From the NCBI RefSeq assembly GCF_001194135.2, contig NC_068987.1:8925395-8983956 (forward strand): 58,562 nucleotides of DNA, in the 5' to 3' direction. The stretch comes from Octopus bimaculoides. Taxonomy: Eukaryota. The notes beneath the pieces are model-generated. The model saw only the letters and a program-made list of their open reading frames with translations. It made no database searches and was not told where the DNA came from. The position numbers and the translations under genes were made by a program. Below, piece by piece: positions 1 to 12,517 of the stretch; the first letter of the stretch is position 1, and each line of letters starts with the position of its first letter.

Positions 1-1244
1 GCACCCCTTTGAGTGTGTGTATGTATGTATATATATATATATATATATAAATATATATATGAGAGAAATCCAGTCTATTCTATGAGTTTGTTAGCCATTA
101 AGCATATCCTTCTATAGAAAATTAAAGAAAAACACCGAAAATACTATTAACTTAAATTGTCTCCAAGGAGAAATTAAAAAGGTCATGATTAAAAAAAAAA
201 TCTTTCATGTAGTTTGTACATTTGTTTATTTTTTATTTTCATTTTACTGTAACAGCACTTTCAAGAATAGCATTGTATTAAATACTCCTCCATCCTTTTC
301 ATTTATTTTTAGTTAATAAAAAAAAAGAGATTAGCAAATGTCATCAAGATTGTATTTATTTAACAAAGAATGAATGAATGAATGAACAGAAAATTTTCAG
401 AATAATTTTGTACTTGTGAAGATTTAATGTTTATTTAAATAATTTTCAGTCTGCCCCGCAAAACAATTCTTTTATTTTACAGTACATGGCTTTCAAACTG
501 CTGAATAAGATTTTATATTGTCAATCTGTTGAATATAATAAAGAAATCTCCCAAAACAGGCTTCCCAATATCTTGGAAATAAAACCCACATGCTTTTGGT
601 ACATGTAACCTTGTTTATCACCTATTTATTCATCACTAATCTGAGATTACACGGCACACCCAGATGTAAACCATGTTAGACTTATCCTGGATTGCTCTGT
701 GATGATACAGGTTGTTGATCAGTTGAAGATTCTGTTTGTACTGCAGAAACATACTCCCAGCAACCATCCAGTGTGCAGCTACCCTGAATGCACTATATCT
801 TGTGCTTACACAACCATACTGCAAGGCTGCATATCTTTTATTCAGATATACATCCTTGTTCCCATCAACATGGGACCAGTTAGTGAACAGGAAAAATAAA
901 AAGGTACCTGATCCTAATAAAAGTCAAGTATTTTATGTATTTATTTTATTAATACTAATATTTTTGCCTCAAAATGTAATGAAAAAATATTTAATTATAG
1001 CAAATGTAGAACAAGTATAATTAATTTTTGGCAATGTTGCATGATAGAACTAGCAACTCAAGTAATACAATTAATTTTGTGTTGTTTGCAGAAACAGAGA
1101 TTTTGACAGTGTTTTTCTTTCTTTTTGTCAATATAAACCAAAACAAAATGTTGGATATGACAGCTGTAAATGATATGTAAACAAATTCTACAACATAAGA
1201 ATTTCCCAAAAACATTTATTATGCTCAAGACATTATTTTTCTGC

Positions 1245-1661
1245 TTATTCAAATAGCCACAGTTGAGAAGTTTCACCATGTGATGCCATGAATCTGTTCA
1301 TCATTAGCTTTGGAGGTCCCTGAATTCTATGTTGTGTGTCTTTACCAATAACTTCAATACAGTTGAATGGTCTACATCTTATATCAGAGTGTAGAAGTCG
1401 CCAAAATACATCAGATATGGTCTGGTGTTCAGTACGATAGCAGTGGCCTGAAAAGCCTACCCTGCATTGAGCAAGAATCACAGAGATGGGTGGAATGTAT
1501 CCATAAATTTCATCTTTAGTCTTGTGTTCAGACCATGAGATGCTGAGACCACATAGGAAACCAGGTATAAAAGCACAGGACATTATCAAAACCCATATAA
1601 AGATAATTTTTTTTTCTTCAAACTTCTTTGTAGTTTTGCTTTCAATTCCCCTTTGTGGCAC
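1245..1661 (-). other. Unexplained 138-codon open frame in non-repetitive sequence (possible decayed coding sequence)
   Basis: Open frame ...YGYIPPISVILAQCRVGFSGHCYRTEHQTISDVFWRLLHSDIRCRPFNCIEVIGKDTQHRIQGPPK...; no clear splice sites; no confident homology. Confidence 0.15.
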
Positions 1662-3104
1662 CTTGGGTAAGTGTGTTTTACTATTTCTTCAGGTAAATCA
1701 AAGCATTGCGAATTAAATTTGGTATATAGAAATTGTACCTATTTTTGAATGCCAAACTTAAACAATCATTCACTTCAACATTTCCACCAAACCCATGGAT
1801 GATTTTAGTGGCGTCCACTTTGGTGACTGTTTGCATTAGAGTCCACTGTGATGACTGTTTGCATTAGACTTCCGGTCTGAGAAAAACTTCTTCCCAGCAG
1901 TTTTAGAAGTTCTGAAAATGGTTATAGGACTGCCCTTCTCTCTTTAAGCCATAAAAAAATAAAAGCATGCTTCTATTTCTTAAGCACTGAAGTCCTATAC
2001 GCACACACAGGTTAGAAGTTGAATATATCATGTAGAAATATAAATGAAAGAGTTTATGTTATCAATATGATTTGGTATGATGTGTTGGAGTGATCAGGAA
2101 AAAGACAATGGGTTTTTTTTTTTTTCACAAGCATATTTCTCCAAAGAACATAAATGCAGGTCAGCATCATTGCACAGCTCTGTAGTTTCAAGTAAGATAT
2201 CCACAAGGTGGCTGATCCCTATATAAGGTGACTTTAACGTAAAAGAAACGACTATGGCAGTCCAGCCATCACATAGAGCAAAAATCAGAACCAAAGCTCA
2301 GATTAGATAACAAACAAAATGATTGGGGTTATGTAATGGAGTAGCCATTAGTTGCATTCTATCAACCAGTAAATGACCACAGACTAAGCCCTGAAAACTA
2401 ACAAAGTGCATTAATTTTATAGTGCCATGTCAATACATTAATGAATTCTGTTTACTTATTGCCTATTTATTTACTTATTTACATATAACCTGACAGAACT
2501 ATTAAGAATTAAGGCTCCTGATTATGGACATAGCACAATGCCAATAGCAAGAATGAACTATTAACCCTAAGGCCAATAGTCTGACAAGCTTATTATTTTG
2601 GTCATCTATAATTTAGCACAGGAAACAAAGCCTTTATAAAAAGTTACCAAAGCCAGTTCAGGTATTCTATTTACAGAAAGATTTCTTTTGTCCCACTTGG
2701 CCAATAACATCATTGAAACTAATATGAAAATATTGCTCAAAGGAGCACATACAATTCAGTTTTACCACTGTAAAATAATGATGTATGTTCTTTAATATAT
2801 TGTAGTTTAAACAAAATCCATCTGTGTAAATATTTGTAGAAAAAGATAAAAGAGCAACAAAAAATATTTTGATGTAAATGAGAGCACATGTATACATGTA
2901 TAGAAGACAAATGGGTGACCTAAATAATAGAATGAAACTACATCCAGTATGTATATTTCCATACACACAAATGTTAATACACACATAGGATGGATGTCTG
3001 TCAGTTTTGACAATGAGAATTCAGTTGTTCAAAAGAAGCAAAGTTACAGAAGCAAACCCAAAAGAACCTGACAGAGGAAGTTAACAAAAAAATAAAACTG
3101 CTGC

Positions 3105-3177
3105 TCACTGCTTCTCCTTCTCATTACTTGATTGCAAGTAAGTGAAAGAGGACATTTCAGATCTCATTTGTAAAACA
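3105..3177 (-). CDS. Candidate terminal exon (VLQMRSEMSSFTYLQSSNEKEKQ*)
   Basis: Acceptor ttttcaatattgagttcag|T, open to TGA; phase-compatible with candidate exon 9206-9266. A competing stronger acceptor lies at 3068-3069. Confidence 0.22.
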
Positions 3178-3374
3178 CTGAACTCAATATTGAAAAATTA
3201 GCATATTATCAATCAGGTTGATTATTTACTATATTTGATAGCATAATAGATGCAAGGGCTTATTAGATGCACTTTCATTTCAGTAGCAAGTATTCAGGAA
3301 ATAATTTTTAGTGTATTAACACATGTAATATTTAAAGCAATCTAACAACGCATACAAAAATATAGTACAAGTAA

Positions 3375-3610
3375 TAATAATAATTCTTTCTACTGCAGGC
3401 ACAAGGCCTGAAATATTGGGGTGGACGGGGCGGGGGGGGGGTACTAGTTGATTGCACTGAATCCAGTGCCTGACTGGTACTTATTTTATCAACCCCCAAA
3501 AGATGAAAGGCAAAAATTGACCTCAGCCAAATTTGAACTCAGAACACATTGATGGACGAAATGCTGTTAAGCATTTTTTCCAGTGTGCTGAGGATTCTGC
3601 CAGCTCATCA
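3375..3610 (-). mobile_element. tRNA-derived SINE family B
   Basis: Reverse complement of the gagctggcagaa...gagttcaaatt head; same family as 14978 and 50155. Confidence 0.8.
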
Positions 3611-4244
3611 CTATACAACGATGATGACGATAATAATAATAATAATAATAGTAATATCATTATTATAAGCAATTATTATTATTATTATGGAATCAGGCTA
3701 GGTAGAAAAGATTAAAATTAACCTACAGTAGTGAGCATCAAGGAGAAAAGTAGCGTATGAGAGGCTCAGTTTCACATATTGGCCCAAGGGTGATTTTTTG
3801 GAAACGTTCTTTTATTTTTGAAACAGTCTTATATGCCATCAAATGCAGTTGGTTTCATGATTTTTAATTAAATGCATTTATTTCATATTTTTGTTTTGTA
3901 GTAATCAGTTCTATCCATGTTCATTGTTTAAAAATGAATTTGTATCAAAGTCATTAATTTTTTAAAAATTACTTTAGAGTGTAATTACATAGATAATAAT
4001 GACTTTCAACTTTCATAATTCATTGTATTTCTATAATTATTGAGTCATTAACTACTGTTAAATTTATTTGCAATGGAGGAGGGGCATTAACTTTTACAAA
4101 TATTTCAAAGGAAGAATTTAAAAAATGGTAAATGATCGCTGATCTAAAGTACTTGCAAATACTATTCCAAAACAATACCCTTTGATGCTCAATCAACCTG
4201 CAAGAAACAGCAGTCTAATATCCCTCAAATTACACACTAGTATC

Positions 4245-4475
4245 TTAACCTTTTTGAAACTATATTTCTCTTGAAATACATTACCATTCTTTACATTGAT
4301 TTTGAAATTTATGAAGAATTTTGTAGAATAACTTTGTAATTATTAAACAAGCATTTGGAATGTAAATCAACATGAAAATTTTGATGGAAAGGTTTAATTT
4401 AAATCACTTTAAAGCAGTAAGTTTGTATCATGGAATCAAAGCTGGTCTCAAGCAGGCTGGTATCAAAACAGTTAA
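4245..4475. mobile_element. piggyBac-type MITE
   Basis: TTAA at both ends; degenerate TIRs ttaacctttttgaaact / ggtatcaaaacagttaa; no ORF. Confidence 0.65.
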
Positions 4476-4484
4476 AATGGATAT

Positions 4485-4869
4485 GTGGAGGCGCAATGGC
4501 CCAGTGGTTAGGGCAGCGGACTCGCAGTCATAGGATCGCGGTTTTGATTCCCAGACCGGGCGTTGTGAGTGTTTATTGAGCGAAAACACCTAAAGCTCCA
4601 CGAGGCTCTGGCAGGGGATGGTGGCGAACCCTGCTGTACTCTTTCACCACAACTTTCTCTCACTCTTTCTTCCTGTTTCTGTTGTACCTGTAATTCAAAG
4701 GGTCAGCCTTGTCACACTGTGTCACGCTGAATATCCCCGAGAACTACGTTAAGGGTACACGTGTCTGTGGAGTGCTCAGCCACTTGCACGTTAATTTCAC
4801 GAGCAGGCTGTTCCGTTGATCGGATCAACTGGAACCCTCGACGTTGTAAGCGACGGAGTGCCAACAAAA
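4485..4869 (+). mobile_element. Young full-length tRNA-derived SINE family C
   Basis: A-box tggcccagtgg and B-box-like ggttttgattccc; CpGs retained; 11-bp TSD aaaatggatat at 4474-4484 and 4870-4880. Confidence 0.92.
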
Positions 4870-5954
4870 AAAATGGATATATTGGTCAATCTTGTGTTTG
4901 ATGTACTTCAAGCAGGTTGAGCACTACTCAGAGACTCTCTCATTGATACATTGGCTGTTTTTGAGTGGTAATAGAAATAAATATGTGGGTTGGATTGATG
5001 ATTATGAACCACATGATTTGAACTTCTAATTGTTATCAAGTAAACAATTGCAGTATTAAATAAATGATATAAATAATGTACAATCAAGATTTGCATAAGC
5101 AACAAAACATCAAACAGAATAGAGAACTAATTGGACAGTTGCATCAGCTATAAAAAAAAAATAGTTGGGTTTTAATATATAAATAAATAATAGTCCCAAC
5201 TTGATCTATTTCCACCCACACAAATTCACACTTCTTTCTGTTGTTATCTAGAATTGTTTAAATAAATTTTAACTTTTAATTTAGTTTTATGAAAGAAGCC
5301 TCATATAATATTCAAGTACAATAGAAGAAGTCACAAGCCTAAGAACAATTGACGGCATAGTTTCCAAAATAAATTGCCTTTTGTTTTAATTGGGTTTCAT
5401 AATAAAGCAATACAAAATTCTTGGAATGTTTTTGCTTTTAAAAAAAAGTCAATTTTTCATCTTTGCTTCCATAAAAATTAAAACAGGCATTTGACAATTA
5501 AAAGCTCCTTTACATGAGTTCTGCCTGTTTTCAATTAGATTCACTGCAGCATTATTTAAGTAGTTATGTAATTTTTTACTTATTTATTTTTCTCGAGCCC
5601 TGGGACTCATAAGGCTGATTACCTGGTGTACATGGTGTATAAGTGACCAAGATCACATTTTCTTGAAAAAGACACCAGTCCATCTCAAAGTTCAAAGGCA
5701 GCAATTTTGAGGGGAGGGGGCAAGTCAATAACAACCCCAGTACTTGATTGGTACTTTATCTTATTGACCCTGAAAGAATGAAAGGCAAATGTGACCTTGG
5801 TGGGATTTGAACTCAGAAATGCCGAAAGAAATACCACTTAGCATTTTGTCTGATGTTTTTAGACAGCATGATTCATGAATTTGTTATATAAGATGAAACC
5901 AGCATAATTTTTCCTACACACATCACCCAATACTTTTGATGCCATATATCTACA

Positions 5955-6297
5955 TCATCCACATCACCATTTTAACGTCCACTTTTCCATATGCTTGCAT
6001 CAGCTAGATAGTTTTTTGAGGAAGACTTTTCTACAGCTGGATGCCTTTAATGTCACCAACCCTCAACTGTTTCCATGCAACATAATATTTCTCCATAGAT
6101 ATGTTCTCCCAGAAATGAATGATACTGCTCGTTTGACAATGACACTCATAACTATCACGCAATGTCAAAACAAGGAAACACACACACACACATACATGAC
6201 AAGCTTCTTTCAGTTTCCATCCAGTAGATTCTCAATCCACCCACAAGACCTTGGTCAACCTAGGGCTATAGTAAAAGACACTTGCCCCAGGTGCTTT
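5955..6297 (-). mobile_element. Composite SINE (family A head, CA microsatellite, RTE-like 3' tail)
   Basis: ttaacgtccacttttccat tail plus the gacacttgcccc family A core in reverse orientation. Confidence 0.7.
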
Positions 6298-6678
6298 ATA
6301 AAATAAAACTCCTTATCTAACAAACCTTCTCTCAGATTACTCCTCTCCAACCACAACAATCCTTCTGTATTTACTGCATATATTTTACTTCCTATAAATA
6401 TCTCATGTATTCCGTCTTTTCACATAAATCACACCACTTTGTTACCCATTAAAATAACAGCTCCTTACTCTCTGAACATTCACATCATTTGCTTGTTGTA
6501 TACATCACTATAATTACTACTTAAAGAAGCAGAACAAATCTATTTCAAGCCAGCCAACTGACCTATCTATAGCCTGCAGTTTATGACTGCTCCAGTCAGT
6601 TACTTTTGTGCAAAAAACACCAAATTTCTGTAAGAATTGTCAGGACAGACTTCTCTGTATTAACTTTCTACTACTTAC

Positions 6679-6804
6679 TTCCTGCGTAATGAGGAATGCT
6701 TACTGCCCAAATGCTGCTAGATTTGTTTATCTGGTCTTGTACATTAGTGTTTTGCATGTCAAAATTTTTCAGCTGGTCTCCAGTACATTTGCAAATTGAA
6801 GCCA
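6679..6804 (-). CDS. Candidate internal exon (ASICKCTGDQLKNFDMQNTNVQDQINKSSSIWAVSIPHYAG)
   Basis: Acceptor tctttgtatatttataag|, consensus donor GAA|GTAAGT, 126 nt, one open frame (phase 1/1); no homology recognised. Confidence 0.28.
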
Positions 6805-8059
6805 CTTATAAATATACAAAAGATTATTTTGCTTCCCTTCCTGGTTTCTAGATATTATTGACAGTCACTTTTTCTCTTCATTCTTTCTTAAGTAGTCAGA
6901 CGTACAACCTTCTCTACTATACTATTATTCTATCACCATATAGACTTCTTGTGTAAGCTACCCTCTCTGGAGGAGGGGAACTTCAAGATGGAGATAGCTA
7001 GTAACAAGATATGTGCAATGATAGAACTAACTGAAAACAGTACTGTATTTTCTGATCTGTAGTGGTTAATTGTATGTGGTGCAGTGTTGAAATATGTGTA
7101 TGGTGTACTCTCTCCAACATCCAATTTCTGTTGTTGTTTAATCCAAGGTTGATCCTGACTGAGAAGATCTATGACCCTGGCTACTTTGTCCTTCACTTGA
7201 GCATAGTGTAAATTATGAATTACTGAGAGATGCGCCTGTCTCTCAGTAAAAAGTACAGTAGTTTGACGGAGATCTGGTTGCTATTTTTAGCATTTAAGTA
7301 GCAAGGAGAGGATTCGTTACCAAAGTAAGCAGATTCTGATCACAACAGAGGTAAGCAAAGTGAACTTGGTCCAAGGATGGTAATTATTGATTCATTCTCA
7401 GTATCTTAGCGCATCATTTTGGGTTAATGATGCAATTATTGCAGCTGATGTTTCTGTGCATTCATCTTTTTGTCTAGACTGAGTGAAAGCAATAATGTCT
7501 TTAGCACGCTGGAATAGCAGAGACAGCTAGAACTTATGCTACCAAAGGAAATCCTAGGGCTTACTGTTTATATGAAAAACACAACATATATAAATAAAAG
7601 TACCAACATCAAAAATGCCACCCAAAATAGACCATTCTTTGTCCCCTTTACCTACGCTAATGTGCAATAATGTTCTGTAGACTGGATGCCTATTTAGAGC
7701 AATTATGCTTGTAGCAGCAATGATGGTGAGAAATGGAGCTTGCTGCAATATCAAACTGTATTCCTTGTGTATCCAGATGTTCTTCCCATGTCTTTTAGTA
7801 TCGCCTTCAAACTTCACAGTCAAATATCAAAATAAAATTACAACACTATGATATGCTATGAAATATACTGTACAAACAAAATAATGTTTTTTTTTCTATT
7901 GTATGTCGGGACACATGATATGTTGTCTGTCTTCCTATGACATGTGTCATACTTAGTATATCTAATGTCCCATTAGTGTATTTATTTCCTTTCTCTCTTG
8001 GTGCTTACCTTTCTCCTCTTTCTCTCTCTCTACCTCTTTTAGTAACGTCTCTTGATAGT

Positions 8060-8280
8060 AACTGTCTCTCTCCAGCACCCACCCCCTCATACCACCTCTT
8101 ATGTCCTCTTACTCACCCTCAGTTTCTAAATATACAAACCCACATTTACATGGTCACTCAGCCTGCTAGAAATAGCAGATAAATTCCCATCAACCCATAC
8201 CTTACAGTCCTAGATGCCTTACCTGAAAGTAAGATGCAATGGTCATGGTTGGGACTTCAGATCATAGGTTTGATAGATAA
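8060..8280 (-). mobile_element. Interspersed repeat family G (SINE-like)
   Basis: gctagaaatagcag core shared in reverse with copies at about 19870-20095, 26395-26730 and 28250-28445. Confidence 0.55.
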
Positions 8281-8877
8281 CAGTAACACCGCATTTAATT
8301 TCATAAATTTGAAAGATGAATATATTCCAGTATGATAGTAAATCTTAAACAAATCAATGTCATGCATGATATACCACCTTCTCCTCTTCTATAAACCTGA
8401 GATATCTATGTCACATAAATATATTTATAATACAATTTAGGTCAAGTCGTTAAAAAATTACAGAGGATATCTTTCAAATGGTAAACAATATAATTCAGTG
8501 TTTTTTTTTTGCTATTCTTTCCTTGTTTTCTTTTCTTTGCATGATTAGATTGGTATTTTATATTCCTAGTACTTAAAGTCAAAAATATAAACTTGCTGAT
8601 TCTATAAAAATTTAAAATCTGCTTCCCAAAATAGCACCCTGAAGAGACATATCTTTATGTAAACCAGACCAGATATTCACAGACTCCCAAGAGAGAAAGT
8701 ACAGCACTAAGAGGCTTAGAATACTGTATTGCAAATACATCCTACATATTATTACACACACACAATTTCACAATGGAGATATTGGATGCTATTAAAGTAC
8801 CCTGTCATAAAATATCTGTGCCAAATGTTCAAATTTGCAGAACCATTCCACTTGTGAGAAAACTGCTGCAGGATACA

Positions 8878-8880
<3 letters not shown>

Positions 8881-8931
<51 letters not shown>
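8881..8931. repeat. (CT)n microsatellite
   Basis: Direct. Confidence 0.95.
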
Positions 8932-9205
8932 ATCAGTAAGTGTGGTTGTTTCCGAATAAAATGTGACAAACTACTATGCTCTCACCGCAATCTGTAATTT
9001 TTCTCACTGCTCAGTGAGAAAATTACCCCAAATATAAAACATGTTACTAATTTGGATCAGTACATTGGACTAATATTGGTAAAATACAGTCTTTGGTATG
9101 ACCGACCATACAACTCAAATATAAACACTCGTCAAACTAAACTATAACTTCAAGCTTATAAACGTACATCAAACTAAACTAAGTTGTTTTAATGGGTTTA
9201 CTCAC

Positions 9206-9266
9206 CTGATTGGTCTAAAATCACTGTTAGTAATCAAACTTTCACTGTAATGTGTCTTATAAACAG
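9206..9266 (-). CDS. Candidate exon (VYKTHYSESLITNSDFRPI)
   Basis: Strong donor CAG|GTGAGTA; weak acceptor ttcctgcag; single open frame. Confidence 0.22.
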
Positions 9267-10269
9267 CTGCAGGAATTTTCATATAACTTTATGCTATATT
9301 TTTATAGAATATATGTTTGTTTGTTGCTATTATAAATGAAGTTTAAAAAAAAAACTTCTCCTGTATGAAATACAAGTTGGCTTATGTTTCTCTTAACTTT
9401 ACTCTGAAGTAACAAGGAAGTAAAAAAAAAAAAGACAGTAGCTATAGCAATTAACTTCACTAATTACTTGAAAATTAACACCTGTATTTTCCATTGTACT
9501 TCGAGAGAGTAAAAAAAACACCTTATTAAATGACTGTCCTTTGTAGTTTGAGACACCCACAAAGTCTAAAGAACTTTTGTTATTATTTGTAAAGAAGCAG
9601 GAGGTACATTTGCTGTTGATTAGAAAATTTCATTGCATTATCAATAGTTGGAAAGACATACTTTTAAAATGAAATCTGTTTAAAAAAGAAATCACATTTC
9701 TGCCATAACAGCTTCTTTTCTCATAGTTTTTTTAAAAGTACAAGATTGCTCTTGATAGATTCTTTGATCCACAAGAACAGTTAGATTATGCTTCACTGAG
9801 GAGATCCAATAAGACTGTAACATGTCAAGACATATCCCTGCATGACTAAAGATTTGTTTTATTCCCCACTGCATTCTGTATTTTAAAATTATCGAGTGGT
9901 CTCTTTGTTTTCTATTTTTATCTATTTATCAGAATTAGTCATTTAATAAAATGATTGTTTTTATCACCAAGGATTTGATTATTTAGAACTAGTATACTTT
10001 TCCTGCCAGCTAAAGACTATCTGGGTTACAGTTTTGATGTTTATTATAGTTAAAATGAAGTTTCTGAGAAAATGTGAGCCCATAACCTTTGTCTACTAAA
10101 CCACCAGCCTGCTGCAAAATAAACTTACAGGTTAACCAAACAGAACACCCAACATTTTGTTTTAATAATTGCCTAGATTTAAATAATCTCATAATATTTC
10201 ACCACTTTTGAAGGCAGCAAGCTGACAGAATCATTAGCACACAGGGCAAAATGCTTAACAGCATTCTAG

Positions 10270-10605
10270 TCAGTTGCCCTTCCTGTTGCCAACCCTCAAC
10301 TGTTCTCTAAGGCCAGACATGTTCTTGGAAAATATTGGAAATGAATGATACTGCTTGTATGACAGAAACAGATACATATACACACACTTACACACGTGTG
10401 TGTGTGTATGACAATGCACACACACACACACAATGTAAGAAGCTCTTTTCAGTTTTCTGTCAACCAAATCAATTTGCTTTTGTAGGCCCAGAATTATAGA
10501 AAAAAATACTTGACTACACTGCCACGCAATGGTACTGAACCCATAAAAATGCAGTTGGGAATCAAACTTTTCAACGACACAGCCACACCTGCACCTCCTA
10601 CTGGA
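10270..10605 (-). mobile_element. Degenerate composite SINE family A
   Basis: Same modules as 5955-6297. Confidence 0.65.
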
Positions 10606-11013
10606 TTATGAAACCAAAGTTTTAATTAATATTTTTAATGTTAAAACTCAAAGATCTTTAATGAAGTGGTGAAAAGCATGAAAAGTGGAGTTCTAATTCC
10701 TCAAAACACTCTCAAACGCTGATATATTAATCTAATATCTATCAGCCAAAACAAAAAGAAAACTAAATACATCATGTATCTTTGTTTATATCACCCGATT
10801 CTTTATTATTATAGTGATGTATAAGATAAATCAATATACACTAAGTCTGAATTTTAACAGGTTTGTAAAAGTACTATTTTTCTAAGCAATAGAAATTCTT
10901 TCACATAAGAAAAAAGTAGTCTATGATAAGAAATATGATTCAGTGTGATAGAACATCTTGGGTAGCGAATACCAAAGATCCACTGAGATGAGTAAGAAAT
11001 TAACTGGTGATGA

Positions 11014-11017
<4 letters not shown>

Positions 11018-11066
<49 letters not shown>

Positions 11067-11219
11067 NNNNNNNNNNNNNNNNNNNNNNNNNNNNNNNNNN
11101 NNNNNNNNNNNNNNNNNNNNNNNNNNNNNNNNNNNNNNNNNNNNNNNNNNNNNNNNNNNNNNNNNNNNNNNNNNNNNNNNNNNNNNNNNNNNNNNNNNNN
11201 NNNNNNNNNNNNNNNNNNN

Positions 11220-11258
<39 letters not shown>

Positions 11259-11600
11259 TGTGTGTGTGTGTATGTGTATGCGTGCACATACATGCGTGGT
11301 TTGTGTGTAATGTGTGTACATTCATGCGTGGTGTGTGTGTGTGTGTGTATGTGGTATGTGTAGCGTGTGTGTATGTACATGTGTGCACATGGTGTGTTGT
11401 GTGTGTGTGTACGCATGGTGTGTGTGTAGTGTATGTGTACACGTGTGGTATGTATGTGTGTGTAGTATGTGTGTGTAGTATGTGTAGTGTGTGTGTGTAC
11501 ATGTGTGCACATGGTGTGTGTGTGTGTAGTGTGTGTGTGTGTGTGTGCACGTGTGGTGTGTATGTGTGTGTAGTATATGTAGTGTGTAGTGTGTGTGTAC
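11018..11600. repeat. (GT)n microsatellite and degenerate GT-rich tract spanning an N gap
   Basis: Direct. Confidence 0.95.
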
Positions 11601-12077
11601 AAACTTAAGAGAACGGTCATGCATAAATAAAATTAAGAGAATAATTTAGTATCAAAAACTGTGGCCAATGTTTAGGGTCTACAGTACATATGTGTGTAGA
11701 ACAATGCATCGAAAATGATAAAAAAAAAATAATGATGAAACAAAACAACTATCAAAATTCTCTAAAGAAGATAGTTGCTATTACTGTAGAGACAAAGAAT
11801 TATTTTGGATTAATTAGATTAGGCACAAGAACAGATAAGATAAAAACAGGATTAAGATGCATAGAGAAATACAGTATTGTACACCAATGCCAACTAGGGA
11901 AAAAATAGATGCTTAAATGATGGTAGTGGTAGAGGTAGGCAGGATGAGTAAACATGCACTAAGCTAAAAAAAGTGTTAACATAAGCAGTAATTAAGGTCA
12001 AAACAAACTGACACAAAACCATTTTGCATGAAGACAATAAGAATATAGAAAAATAAACATTATCATATATTAAGAAG

Positions 12078-12517
12078 GAGGCAGGAGTGGCTGTGTGGTA
12101 AGTAGCTTGCTTATCAGCCACATGGTTTCGGGTTCAGTCCCACTGCGTGGCACTTTGGGGCAAGTGTCTTCTACTATAACCTCGGGCCAACAAAAGCCTC
12201 GCGAGTGGATTTGGTAGACGGAAACTGAAAGAAGACCGTCGTATATATGTATATATATATATATATATATATAGATATATATATATATGTGTGTTTGTGT
12301 TTGTGTGTCTGTGTTTGTTCCCACAACATCACTTGACAACCGATGCTGGTGTGTTTACGTCCCCGTAACTTAGCGGTTTGGCAAAAGAAACCAATAGAAT
12401 AAGTACTAGGCTTACAAAGAATAAGACCTAGGATTGATTTGTTCGACTAAAGGTGGTGCTCCAGCATGGCCGCAGTCAAATGACTGAAACAAGTAAAAGA
12501 GTAACGAGTAAGAGTAA
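12078..12517 (+). mobile_element. Full-length tRNA-derived SINE family A
   Basis: A-box tggctgtgtggt, B-box ggttcagtccc, internal TA/TG microsatellite, tail tgactgaaacaagtaaaagagtaa. Confidence 0.92.

Noticed and set aside
450-608. Plus-strand terminal exon at the window's left edge
   Set aside because: Acceptor present, but two alternative frames are equally plausible and the upstream context is outside the window.
4485-4560. tRNA genes at SINE heads (also 14600-14671 and 19025-19100)
   Set aside because: Pol III A/B boxes are present, but each continues into a SINE body and tail with TSDs; no acceptor stem or terminator.
7220-7249. Intrinsic terminator or SECIS hairpin
   Set aside because: Eukaryotic context; no U-tract after the stem on either strand; lacks the SECIS AUGA/GA quartet geometry.
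10854-11624. His/Thr- and Cys/Val-rich ORFs
   Set aside because: Translations of (GT)n repeats and an N gap.
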